A stretch of 64,000 nucleotides of DNA, from IMG/VR virus record IMGVR_UViG_3300035501_000922; one strand, 5' to 3'. Below are positions 20,375 to 29,554 of the stretch, in pieces. The position numbers and the translations under genes were made by a program. Origin of the DNA: a virus (Duplodnaviria; Caudoviricetes). The notes beneath the pieces were generated by a model that had not been told where the DNA came from, ran no database searches, and saw only the letters and a program-made list of their open reading frames with translations. Each line of letters begins with the position of its first letter. The stretch's first letter is position 1.

Positions 20375-20908
20375 TTATTTTTGTATTGCCATCGTATTGC
20401 CATAGAAATATATGAACAATGACAAGTAGTCAACGCTCAGGTCTATGTCCGATGGTACCATACTGTGATATACTTGACTATCTGGGGAATAAAATTTAAA
20501 TATATCAAAGTACTTCAACATATCCAAATTTTCAATAATATCGTTATTTAGCAATGACGATTCAAAAGCCGTATACTTACCAAGCTCAATTAAAACTCGG
20601 TCTGCATGTATATACACAGTTTCTTCTTCGTATTGTGTAGTTACGATATTGACTGTTTTTCTCCCAGTCAACGTATTATCCGATTTAGTCACGAATCCCG
20701 ATTCAACGAGCATATGGCCTTTGTGATCAACGGAAAATCTACCATATGCCTCACGAGATACATCTGTAGTTTTTTCAATAAACATTTCCATGTTTCGAGT
20801 TTTACGGAATTCATTCGCTAACTCTTTTTTATTGGTGAAGGCGTATATAATTGGATTATCATATACGCCTTTGGCATCACCAATTTTTAGGAAAATATAC
20901 AGTTTCAT
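20375..20908 (-). CDS. hypothetical protein (paralog of 50967-51458)
   Basis: ATGA overlap with the upstream gene; IYAFTNKKELANEFRKTRN versus LYAFTTDKTYSLQFRSQRN. Confidence 0.7.
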   Translation of the reverse strand: MKLYIFLKIGDAKGVYDNPIIYAFTNKKELANEFRKTRNMEMFIEKTTDVSREAYGRFSVDHKGHMLVESGFVTKSDNTLTGRKTVNIVTTQYEEETVYIHADRVLIELGKYTAFESSLLNNDIIENLDMLKYFDIFKFYSPDSQVYHSMVPSDIDLSVDYLSLFIYFYGNTMAIQK

Positions 20909-21927
20909 TCCTGTTCGTCCTTGTAATCGTAATATACCCTTAGCCACTTAATGAAATCATCAGTGGAAAGGGAAGCACCCGCTGCCTTTTCATGTCCGCC
21001 GCCGCCGAGTGACGCTGCGATTACAGACACATCGGTAGTACTTGACTCGGACGCTCTGAATGAGAGTGCCCTATTCTTTGGATATAAGGCAACCACAAAA
21101 TCCATATCGGGGTAATCCCGATAAAGTTTCTCTGATTCAGCATTACCGAATTCTTCATCCGGTATGAAAATGATAGCCTTATACATTTTATTATTAATGA
21201 GAATCGGTGCCTTTTTCGCCCTTGAGCCTACTTTTTCAAGCATAGTTTCTCTTCTACGCTTATATGAGTCGATTAGGTATCTCTGTGCCTGGCTGAATAC
21301 GAATTTGTCGTCTCCTTCACTAGAGCACATATCAATCTGGGCTTTTAATGTTGCTGAGGCTTCTTCAAGCCCCACCTGATGAACTAGGATATTGTAATCC
21401 TCTTCATCGTAACATTTTGGGTGTTTCTTCCATTCCCATGTATCGTATCGACTAATATTGTCAGCGACACGATTAAGTATTGGTGAAACCCTTTCATCTA
21501 TATAATCAATCATTTCATTATATAGAATCTTCGTTGCGGAGATGGCGATACCATCCCCATCCGTAACTTGCACATGAGCCCACTCATAATGCTCGTTAAG
21601 ATGGTTCGTCTTATGATGGTCGAACAACTCTAAAGCGATGTCTTTCTCATCGCATAGGTTACTTAATCTCTCAGCCATGACATCACTGCACATGACATCG
21701 GAGATGAGAAGACCGTCGTAATTGAGATAACTGTCATCCTTAAAGAAGTACTTCTCGATTGCTTTATCAACCGATATTGCACCTGCATTACAGAATACAC
21801 GCTCCATCTCAATGCCAGTATACGACATTACCAAAACACATCCAACTGCATCAGTATCGTTGTGAGTGATATGCAGCAGACGACCTTCCTTAGAATTAGA
21901 GTTTAACAGCGACTTGATTGTTTTCAT
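20905..21927 (-). CDS. DHH/DHHA1 phosphoesterase (NrnB/oligoribonuclease-like)
   Basis: HITHNDTDAVG, ISD, FDHH, LSFR and GGGHEKAAG motifs. Confidence 0.9.
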   Translation of the reverse strand: MKTIKSLLNSNSKEGRLLHITHNDTDAVGCVLVMSYTGIEMERVFCNAGAISVDKAIEKYFFKDDSYLNYDGLLISDVMCSDVMAERLSNLCDEKDIALELFDHHKTNHLNEHYEWAHVQVTDGDGIAISATKILYNEMIDYIDERVSPILNRVADNISRYDTWEWKKHPKCYDEEDYNILVHQVGLEEASATLKAQIDMCSSEGDDKFVFSQAQRYLIDSYKRRRETMLEKVGSRAKKAPILINNKMYKAIIFIPDEEFGNAESEKLYRDYPDMDFVVALYPKNRALSFRASESSTTDVSVIAASLGGGGHEKAAGASLSTDDFIKWLRVYYDYKDEQE

Positions 21928-22034
21928 TTAAATCATCCTTTCTAGATTTTGCAACCGATTCCTTTGTACAAAAGAATGGTTTGTACGCCTTGTTAATAAG
22001 TTTTTCAAGACTTGTCATAAAGTCATCATTCATA

Positions 22035-22373
22035 CTAGAATGTAAACCGGTATCCGTTTTTTCCACTATTCGAATCTCCTCTCTCCAATATTCCAACTTC
22101 TACAAGAGTATTGATAGATTTCTTCACATCTTTCACATCCATATTGAGAGTGTCGGCAATGCGTTTCTTTTCAATAATCTTGTAGTTTAAAGGGTCAGGT
22201 GTGTTATTCCTGTAGAACGACGGTTTCCATCCATTAAGTTCAGTAAGCAGGAATAACACAATCCTTAAATCTTTTTTCCCAAGTTTATCATTATAAACTA
22301 CCCATTCAAGAAGTTCATTCTTGGGAATCGACACTGTATCTTTTTGTTGATACACACATCTGCTGTTTGCCAT
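22035..22373 (-). CDS. winged-helix DNA-binding protein
   Basis: KKRIADTLNMDVKDVKKSINTLVEVGILER wHTH pattern; AGGAGG RBS. Confidence 0.7.
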   Translation of the reverse strand: MANSRCVYQQKDTVSIPKNELLEWVVYNDKLGKKDLRIVLFLLTELNGWKPSFYRNNTPDPLNYKIIEKKRIADTLNMDVKDVKKSINTLVEVGILERGDSNSGKNGYRFTF

Positions 22374-22437
22374 TGGTTTTACCTCCTAATAATTTATTCA
22401 TTAAAATAATATATAACTATAATTAAGCGTTATTCGT

Positions 22438-23622
22438 TTATACCACGATTATAATTGATTCACTTGCTCTTGTAATTGCAGTATAATTAAGTCGTTTTTC
22501 ATCTTCTTTATTTCTCATGATATTTTCTGCTAAATAAAGAACTTTATTCCACTCACTACCTTGTGATGAATGTGTTGTTATTGCATACGCAAATTCAATC
22601 TTATCATTAAAGATATCAGTAAATGTCTTTTCTTCAGGTTCTTGACCCGGGATTTCATATAAATGCTGATAATCAAAAGTAACATTCTTAAAGCATTTAT
22701 TAGTGAAATCTGGTCTAAAGTCTATTGTCATGGTTTTACCATTAAAACTATCTCTATACACATTATCAACAAAACCGGTTGTTCCGTTTGTCATATAGAT
22801 ATTACCATCAATACATTTATCCCAGTTATTCTTTCTGCACATTACTTTTTCTCCAATATGAGGATAATCAAGTTTTTTGATTTGCTTCAAATCTTCTCTA
22901 ACGTACTTATTGATATTATAACGTAATCTATTAGTACAGGTTAAAATAATATCAGAATTTCTGAAGTAGAATTCTGTCAAATCTTGTTTATTAATAACTG
23001 CTGAATTACCATATACACCAGTTTTTAATTTATTACCTGCTAGTATTTCCTGTGATAACCAAATAATTGGATTACCTTCAGATTGTCTCATAATCTGTGT
23101 TAATATTACATCAGGGTTTCTTAAAAAGAAAGACTTACCAAATACTGGTGGTAACTGATTTAAATCACCTAATACAATGATTGGTATACCGAAACTCATC
23201 AAATCCATTGCAGTATGTTCATCAACCATTGAACCTTCGTCTACTACAATTAACTTAATCTTTTTATCTAAGTGGTCTTTCTTAATAAACTTAGAAACAA
23301 GTTTTGGCTTTCCATTTTCTCTAAAGATAATTTTACCATCATCATCTCTAGCTAAAACTTTTTCATAGTCATAAATAGTTGAGTGTATAGTCCTAGCAGG
23401 TAGACCATTTCTGGCCAATCTACTTGCAGCTTTTCCCATAAAAGCAAGAAATAATACTTCTTTATAATCTAATCCAATTCTTTCAATAAGATAATTTACC
23501 AGTGTACTCTTTCCTGTTCCTGATGCTCCAGAGATTTGAAATAGTTGCTCTGTACTGGAATTCCACCATTTTTCCATATCGTATACAGCATATATTTGCT
23601 CATTATTAAGTTCTATACTCAT
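22438..23622 (-). CDS. SF1B (Dda/RecD-like) DNA helicase
   Basis: GASGTGKS, TIHS, VDEGSM, GDLNQLPPV, YAITTHSSQGSEW and YTAITRA motifs. Confidence 0.92.
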   Translation of the reverse strand: MSIELNNEQIYAVYDMEKWWNSSTEQLFQISGASGTGKSTLVNYLIERIGLDYKEVLFLAFMGKAASRLARNGLPARTIHSTIYDYEKVLARDDDGKIIFRENGKPKLVSKFIKKDHLDKKIKLIVVDEGSMVDEHTAMDLMSFGIPIIVLGDLNQLPPVFGKSFFLRNPDVILTQIMRQSEGNPIIWLSQEILAGNKLKTGVYGNSAVINKQDLTEFYFRNSDIILTCTNRLRYNINKYVREDLKQIKKLDYPHIGEKVMCRKNNWDKCIDGNIYMTNGTTGFVDNVYRDSFNGKTMTIDFRPDFTNKCFKNVTFDYQHLYEIPGQEPEEKTFTDIFNDKIEFAYAITTHSSQGSEWNKVLYLAENIMRNKEDEKRLNYTAITRASESIIIVV

Positions 23623-23717
23623 TCATATCACCCTCTTATAAAAATTAAAGTAATGTAATTTATAGTATAAGAATAAAAAATAAAGGACTGACAAGTAAAT
23701 CGTCAGTCCTCATGAAA

Positions 23718-24272
23718 TTACAATCTAATTATTTTTGTATTCTCATCAAATGCATTCTTATCAACAATCGTATTTTTAGGTATTATAACACTTTCCAAAG
23801 ATATACAATTATGAAATGCACCGTTATAAATATGTGATATAGTATTTGGTATTGTGATGTTCTTTAAAGATTTACAAGCATAGAATGCCCAATAATCAAT
23901 AACTACTACTCCCTTAGGTATTACAACGTTATCGAGTGAAGTACAGCACCAAAATGTTTCTTTATTAATGTGTGTTATTCCCTCAGGAAGTGTAATTGAA
24001 GTGAGGGACCTACATTGTGCAAACACTCCCTCACCGATATGTGTAGTACCTTTATTCATTGTAACGGTAGTTAATTCTTCACAAAATTCAAATGTATAAT
24101 CTTCAATTTTTGATACACTTCCGGGAATTGTAACTGTAGTAATCGAATTACAATAACTGAATGCCTCTTTATCAATTAATGTTATACCTTCAGGTACAAT
24201 AACATCTCTAATGTCTTTATCAAGACACTCAGTAAGAATTTTAATTTCCTTAACTTTAAATATTTCTTCCAT
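23718..24272 (-). CDS. BspA-type leucine-rich repeat protein (LRR-1)
   Basis: Repeats of IPxxVxxIxxxAFxxCxSLxxI; N-cap ECLDK; C-cap AFDENTKIIRL. Confidence 0.9.
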   Translation of the reverse strand: MEEIFKVKEIKILTECLDKDIRDVIVPEGITLIDKEAFSYCNSITTVTIPGSVSKIEDYTFEFCEELTTVTMNKGTTHIGEGVFAQCRSLTSITLPEGITHINKETFWCCTSLDNVVIPKGVVVIDYWAFYACKSLKNITIPNTISHIYNGAFHNCISLESVIIPKNTIVDKNAFDENTKIIRL

Positions 24273-24297
24273 GATATATTCCTTTCCCAGAGTTTGA

Positions 24298-24849
24298 TTA
24301 TACTCTGATTAATTTTGTATGCTTATCAAACGCCTCATTGTTAATATCTGTTATACCTGAAGGTATTACTGCAGATTCAAGCGATTCACATTTACCAAAT
24401 GCACGATATCCAATATGAACCACGCTATTTGGAATTACTACAGACTTAAGTGAACTGCAGCCACCAAATGCCCATGGTCCAATATAGTTCACGCTATCTG
24501 GTATTATAATAGACTCAAGCGAGGTACAGTTTTTAAATGTAGCGTGCCGTATAACTGTTACTTTATTCGAAATTGTAGCAGACCTGAGTCTGCTACAATC
24601 AGAAAACACCCATGAACTAATACTCATTACACTATCAGGAATCACAATGGATTCAAGTGATATGCAGTTTCTAAATGCACTCATCCCAATATCTCTTACA
24701 CTGTTTGGAATTGTAACAGATTTGAGGAATGCACAACTGCCGAATGCCCATTGCCCGATACTTGTTACTCCATCCGGAATAACTACATTCTCAATGTTAG
24801 TATCCCTACATTCCAAGAGAATAGTTTCAATTTTTAAAGCTTCACTCAT
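24298..24849 (-). CDS. BspA-type LRR protein (LRR-2)
   Basis: Same repeat consensus; C-cap AFDKHTKLIRV. Confidence 0.9.
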   Translation of the reverse strand: MSEALKIETILLECRDTNIENVVIPDGVTSIGQWAFGSCAFLKSVTIPNSVRDIGMSAFRNCISLESIVIPDSVMSISSWVFSDCSRLRSATISNKVTVIRHATFKNCTSLESIIIPDSVNYIGPWAFGGCSSLKSVVIPNSVVHIGYRAFGKCESLESAVIPSGITDINNEAFDKHTKLIRV

Positions 24850-24871
24850 AATATGCTCCTTTTTTTAAATT

Positions 24872-25633
24872 TCAAGTTCTGATTATTTTGATGGTGTCAT
24901 CAAATGCTGTATCATCAATCTCTTTCACCGAAGAGGGGATTGTAATAGACTCGAGCGATGGACAATTGCGGAAGGCATCTATATCAATCTTAGTCACACC
25001 ATTCTGAAGTGTAACTGAATTAAGTGATGAACACTGTTCAAATGCCCAACCGGGAATAGTTTCTACAGACCGTGGTATAGTAATACTGATAAGGGATGTA
25101 CATTTACTAAATGCAAAATCACCAATACATATTAAGCTATCAGGTAGCTCAATACTCTTAAGAGAACTACATTCGGTAAATGCACTCGCAGATATCTCCT
25201 TTACTTTATTAGACATTTTAACATCTAATAATGATTCACAACTATAAAATGCGCCCCTCTGAATCTGTACTACACTATCAGGCATTGTAACTGATAGTAA
25301 AGATGTACAATGGTCAAATGCAAAGTCATCAATACGGATTAGACCATCAGGTATTTCAACCTTTTTAAGTGATTTACATCCAGAAAATGCACTTGCACAA
25401 ATGTTTGTTATACCTATAGGTAATATAATAGACTCAAGAGACATACAATTACGAAATGCATTGACTCCTATGAATTTTACACTATTAGGTATTGTGATAG
25501 ACTTAACGTAATAACAATCTTCGAATGCCCCAGAACCAATAACTCCTATGCCTTCTGGAATAGTTACTTCTGTAACTTTACTATCAAGGCATTTAATAAG
25601 AACATTGTTTCCAATCATTAAAGTATTATTCAT
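24872..25633 (-). CDS. BspA-type LRR protein (LRR-3)
   Basis: Same repeat consensus; C-cap AFDDTIKIIRT. Confidence 0.9.
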   Translation of the reverse strand: MNNTLMIGNNVLIKCLDSKVTEVTIPEGIGVIGSGAFEDCYYVKSITIPNSVKFIGVNAFRNCMSLESIILPIGITNICASAFSGCKSLKKVEIPDGLIRIDDFAFDHCTSLLSVTMPDSVVQIQRGAFYSCESLLDVKMSNKVKEISASAFTECSSLKSIELPDSLICIGDFAFSKCTSLISITIPRSVETIPGWAFEQCSSLNSVTLQNGVTKIDIDAFRNCPSLESITIPSSVKEIDDTAFDDTIKIIRT

Positions 25634-25639
25634 AATATA

Positions 25640-25676
25640 CTCCTTCTCTGTTTTAAAGTCTTTAATCAGCTGACTT
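25640..25676 (-). repeat. GTCAGCTG leader repeat, copy 2
   Basis: AAGTCAGCTGATTAAAGACTTTAAAACAGAGAAGGAG before LRR-3. Confidence 0.9.
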
Positions 25677-25754
25677 AGTTAATGTTTTACGCATAAATAA
25701 TGTATAAATATTTATGTATTGTAAAACCGCTTAAAAACAATGTTTTAAGGTGAA

Positions 25755-26180
25755 TTGGAAAGGAATGATAGTATGATTACACATATGACTATAGATGTGG
25801 ATTTAAGTAAGAAAGTTTTAGGTATTGTAACACAGAATACTCCTCCCGTTTCAATCGGAGAATCAGTACCTGTTTTTATACCGATGATAATGTGTAACGT
25901 TGAAAATGGTTCTGAAGAACCTAAAACTTCATATATTAACACATATGGTAGTACTATTTTTAAAAATGATAGTAATTGTAAACCTAAGGCATCATCCACA
26001 TTAAAACAACAAAATTATATTTTAGCAAAAAAAGAAGATAATACTAATCTTTCTAGACTACTAGATAAAGATGATGATATAGATGGATATGTGTTACCAA
26101 AAGGAAGCAAAGTAGAAATTAGCTTTGTGCATGGTAAATTATCTGCTGTTACATTTAATACTAACTATTTATTTGATTAA
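25755..26180 (+). CDS. hypothetical protein, probably virion/baseplate
   Basis: AACA-N6-TA promoter at 25736; co-transcribed with the gp53-like gene. Confidence 0.55.
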   Translation: MERNDSMITHMTIDVDLSKKVLGIVTQNTPPVSIGESVPVFIPMIMCNVENGSEEPKTSYINTYGSTIFKNDSNCKPKASSTLKQQNYILAKKEDNTNLSRLLDKDDDIDGYVLPKGSKVEISFVHGKLSAVTFNTNYLFD

Positions 26181-26193
26181 GGTGGTGATATTA

Positions 26194-26589
26194 ATGTCTA
26201 TTCCAGCTACAATGACAGCACAAATATCAGAAGCAAAGAAATTAGAAATATCATACAGAGTATTACACCCATCTGCTATACTAAAAGATGAATATAGCTC
26301 TCGTAATATAGAAATTCCATTTTCTTCTTTAACTAATAAATACAGAGATTTTTTAAATAAAATAGTAAAAACTATTGAATTGGATGATAAACTAATTGCA
26401 CGTTATAGATACAGACCAAAAATGGTTTCTTATGATTTATATGAAACAACTGAATTATGGAATGATATATTAATTCTTAATCATTGTTTTTCAACATATG
26501 AATTTCAGCCTAAAAAAATATCCGTTTATGACCCATCTAGTTTAAAAGAATATATAAATGAAATTTTGATTCTTGAGGGATTAATATAA
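26194..26589 (+). CDS. baseplate wedge protein, T4 gp53-like
   Basis: YRYRPKMVSYDLYETTELWNDILILN resembles the gp53/LysM-like RPd..a..lYg...lwW.il..N motif. Confidence 0.6.
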   Translation: MSIPATMTAQISEAKKLEISYRVLHPSAILKDEYSSRNIEIPFSSLTNKYRDFLNKIVKTIELDDKLIARYRYRPKMVSYDLYETTELWNDILILNHCFSTYEFQPKKISVYDPSSLKEYINEILILEGLI

Positions 26590-26805
26590 ATAAAATTTTA
26601 TTATAAAAACATTTTAGTAATATATGTGGGTAAGGGGGAACCACAAGAGTTAAATTGGATAATGTTGGGGACATAGAAAAAATACAAAATAAATTAGATA
26701 AATAAAAGTAAATAAAAAGAATTATATGATGAAAATAATATATATAATAGAAGAACAATATAGTAATTCTAAATAATATATCATTCATGCTTTTTCTTGT
26801 CATTT

Positions 26806-26848
26806 AAATGATAGAGATAACTTTATAAAGTTATCTCTATCATTTTTA
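26806..26848. terminator. intrinsic terminator (near-perfect palindrome)
   Basis: aaatgatagagataacttt-at-aaagttatctctatcattt followed by a T run. Confidence 0.75.
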
Positions 26849-26871
26849 TCCGTAAATCCAGATTTTTGATT

Positions 26872-26881
26872 TATACATTAT
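26872..26881 (+). promoter_or_regulatory. TATAYATTAT phage promoter (representative of 18 copies; probably early class)
   Basis: Sense-oriented upstream of genes. Minus strand: 3438, 4310, 6543, 8199, 9102, 13750, 15564, 18369, 22406, 25697, 33218. Plus strand: 26872, 38977, 40238, 40799, 48732, 50623, 58372. Confidence 0.85.
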
Positions 26882-26904
26882 TTATGTGTTAGCAATAACA
26901 AATA

Positions 26905-26941
26905 AAGTCAGCTGGTTAAAGACTTTAAAACAGAGAAGGAG
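26905..26941 (+). repeat. GTCAGCTG leader repeat, copy 3
   Basis: AAGTCAGCTGGTTAAAGACTTTAAAACAGAGAAGGAG before LRR-4. Confidence 0.9.
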
Positions 26942-26947
26942 TATATT

Positions 26948-27379
26948 ATGAAATACAACACACTGAAAATTGAAAACGGCATTCTCATTGAATGTCTCGA
27001 CAAGCACATCGAAGAGGTGCTTATTCCCGAGGGTGTAACTACCATTTGGATAGATGCATTCAAAGATTGTAAGTTCCTCAGAAGTGTAGTGCTGCCTGAG
27101 GGGACAGTCATCATTGATGACGGGGCATTCACGGATTGTGTTATGCTTGAGAATGTTGTCATTCCCGAGAGCGTATCTGTCATTGGGGAAGACGCATTCC
27201 GTGGATGCCAATCTCTCAAAGAAATCTCCGTGCCCAAAACAGTAACAAGAATTCGTAACGGGGCATTCTATGGATGTTCCGGACTTGAAAAAATTACGGT
27301 TGATTTCGAAAGAACACACATAGGGGGAGATGCATTCTTCGGGTGCAGATCCCTCAAATCTATCGTAAAACCCGAATAA
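26948..27379 (+). CDS. BspA-type LRR protein (LRR-4)
   Basis: N-cap LKIENGILIECLDK and LRR repeats; lacks the usual C-cap. Confidence 0.9.
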   Translation: MKYNTLKIENGILIECLDKHIEEVLIPEGVTTIWIDAFKDCKFLRSVVLPEGTVIIDDGAFTDCVMLENVVIPESVSVIGEDAFRGCQSLKEISVPKTVTRIRNGAFYGCSGLEKITVDFERTHIGGDAFFGCRSLKSIVKPE

Positions 27380-27470
27380 CATTGGGTCAATCGATAAAGA
27401 ATCTAAATATAAGGGCTGGCGGTTATTATGTCAGCCCTTTATTTTTTATTTTAAGAAAGGATATCTAACT

Positions 27471-28163
27471 ATGAGTGAAATTCTAAAAATTAAAGATGGC
27501 GTTCTCATTGAGTGGCTTGACAGGACTAATGAAGAAGTAATCATTCCTGCAGGTGTGACAAAAATCGATGGATGTGCATTCGCCGGTTGCAGTTCGCTTA
27601 AATCTATTACGATACCCTCGACTGTAATAGATATTGGTAAGTATGCATTCTCTGTCTGTTCTCGTCTCGAATCGGTCACGATTCTTGGAGGTGTGACAAA
27701 AATCGATGGATGTGCATTCTCTAGTTGCCACTCACTCAAAGATATTGAATTACCCAAAAGCATAAGAACGATTGCTAAAATGGCATTCTATCAGTGTGAC
27801 TCGCTTTCAGAGATCACTATACCGGCAAGCGTGACAGATATAGGCTCTTATGCATTTGCTCATTGCTCTAAACTTAAATCTGTTACAATATGTGGCGGAG
27901 TATCAAAAATCTGTATAAACACATTTCATAAATGTTTCTCACTCAAAAAGGTCATAATACCGGAAACAGTGACAACTATTGAAATGGATGCATTTTCTGG
28001 ATGTGAATCGCTTGAGTCTATTGCATTACCTTCAAGTGTGACAGATATTCAGTATCATGCATTTTCTGGATGCCAGAATCTTAAAACTGTCATAATACCT
28101 AAAAACGTAACAGGCATTGATGACGAAGCATTCGATACTGGCGTGGAGATAATCAGAGTGTAG
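27471..28163 (+). CDS. BspA-type LRR protein (LRR-5)
   Basis: LRR repeats; C-cap AFDTGVEIIRV. Confidence 0.9.
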   Translation: MSEILKIKDGVLIEWLDRTNEEVIIPAGVTKIDGCAFAGCSSLKSITIPSTVIDIGKYAFSVCSRLESVTILGGVTKIDGCAFSSCHSLKDIELPKSIRTIAKMAFYQCDSLSEITIPASVTDIGSYAFAHCSKLKSVTICGGVSKICINTFHKCFSLKKVIIPETVTTIEMDAFSGCESLESIALPSSVTDIQYHAFSGCQNLKTVIIPKNVTGIDDEAFDTGVEIIRV

Positions 28164-28234
28164 CTGTATAAGGGCTGACGGTTCATTTTGTCAGCCATTA
28201 TTTTATTTTTATTTAAAGAAAGGAAGTTTTAATC

Positions 28235-29293
28235 ATGATAACAATTAAAGAAAAAATTTACGAGGCAGCATCTTACCATCACCAGTACTACTTGGCGGGA
28301 CTGCACATAACACATGATGACGCAGATGGCGTTGCATGTGGTGTAGTATCGAAGTTTATCAAAAACCTCGATACTGATGTCATTAACTGCAGTATCGCTG
28401 ATGTGAATCAGACTATAAGTCAGATGCTCGATAGCGAACTCAGTTTAGTGTCTTATGACGCTATATTGATTACGGACATCGTAATCAGCGACAACAACGC
28501 CGAAAGACTAAACGCCTTTTGTGAAGAGAGGGGCATTGCTCTGGAGGTTTATGACCATCACGAGACGAATCATCTTGGTGAGCTCTATGAGTGGGCTCAC
28601 ATAAAGAGTACAGACGATGAAGGTATTCCTATGTCAGCTGCAAAATATCTCTGTACAGAGATGAAAGACGTCATCAATGAGAAGGTCTACCCTCATCTCA
28701 GCGTAATGATGAACGACGTAAGTCGTTACGATACGGGGGAGTGGACCAGACACCCAAAAGCGCATCCCGACGAAGATCAGTACCATATACTGAATCTGAT
28801 AAGAGGACCACAAAATTTATATGATATGCTTGTGAGTGCATTGAATACTTACAAGCATATTGAGAACACCAATGAAGCCAGCAACCTTATACGTAAAGAG
28901 TATGCTCCTTTCGCCGGCATGGTTGCAGGGTTTAAAGAGAAGAAGGACCGAGTACTTGAGCACGTGCTCGGTCCTGATAATATAACTATATTTACGGGAG
29001 GCATCAATTCGTTTACCCATAAATATGCGCTCGTCATCGTTTCAGATGACTTTGCGCATTATGAAATGCGCAAAGTCATTCAAGAGATGCCTGATATAGA
29101 CGTTGTCGTTGGCATCTATCCAAAGAGTCGAAAGCTTTCATTCAGGACTAACCATGACGACGTCGATGTGTCGGAGCTGGCTAAAAGTTTCGGTGGCGGC
29201 GGACACCGTAACATAGCCGGAGCTACACTTGACAAGGAAAACTTTATGCGAATCCTTAAAGTGTACTACGGTACTGACGTGGAGGGAATATGA
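28235..29293 (+). CDS. DHH/DHHA1 phosphoesterase, second paralog
   Basis: HITHDDADG, ITD, YDHH, LSFR and GGGHRNIAG motifs. Confidence 0.9.
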   Translation: MITIKEKIYEAASYHHQYYLAGLHITHDDADGVACGVVSKFIKNLDTDVINCSIADVNQTISQMLDSELSLVSYDAILITDIVISDNNAERLNAFCEERGIALEVYDHHETNHLGELYEWAHIKSTDDEGIPMSAAKYLCTEMKDVINEKVYPHLSVMMNDVSRYDTGEWTRHPKAHPDEDQYHILNLIRGPQNLYDMLVSALNTYKHIENTNEASNLIRKEYAPFAGMVAGFKEKKDRVLEHVLGPDNITIFTGGINSFTHKYALVIVSDDFAHYEMRKVIQEMPDIDVVVGIYPKSRKLSFRTNHDDVDVSELAKSFGGGGHRNIAGATLDKENFMRILKVYYGTDVEGI

Positions 29294-29497
29294 TAAATTG
29301 CAAATTAAACGTCAAGCGTGCCGAATTTCATTTATCCCAAAAAGCCTTGTCAGATATGACAGGAATAAGGCTTCAGACGATTTCGGACATGGAGACTGGC
29401 AAGACAAAAGCTTACTCGGCTGAGAATCTCAGCAAGCTTTGTCAAGTATTTATGTGCCAAATAATATGTTCCTGATGAAAATAACAGTGACAAGTAG
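29290..29497 (+). pseudogene. XRE/Cro-type HTH regulator, apparently frameshifted near the C-terminus
   Basis: HTH LSQKALSDMTGIRLQTISDMETGK; the frame stops at 29475 while a typical YVPDE tail continues in another frame to a TAG at 29497. Confidence 0.55.
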
Positions 29498-29554
29498 TGA
29501 CTAAAAAAATAAGGCTAACGATTAATTTCGTTAGCCTTATTATTTTTTTTTTGT

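Noticed and set aside
21896-22096. 66-aa ORF between the wHTH and DHH genes
   Set aside because: It overlaps both neighbours and has no clear RBS; a shorter version from 22033 is possible but unsupported
26537-26803. 88-aa hydrophobic minus-strand ORF as a membrane protein or holin
   Set aside because: Its F/I/L/Y richness is the expected reverse translation of the A-rich tract and there is no RBS
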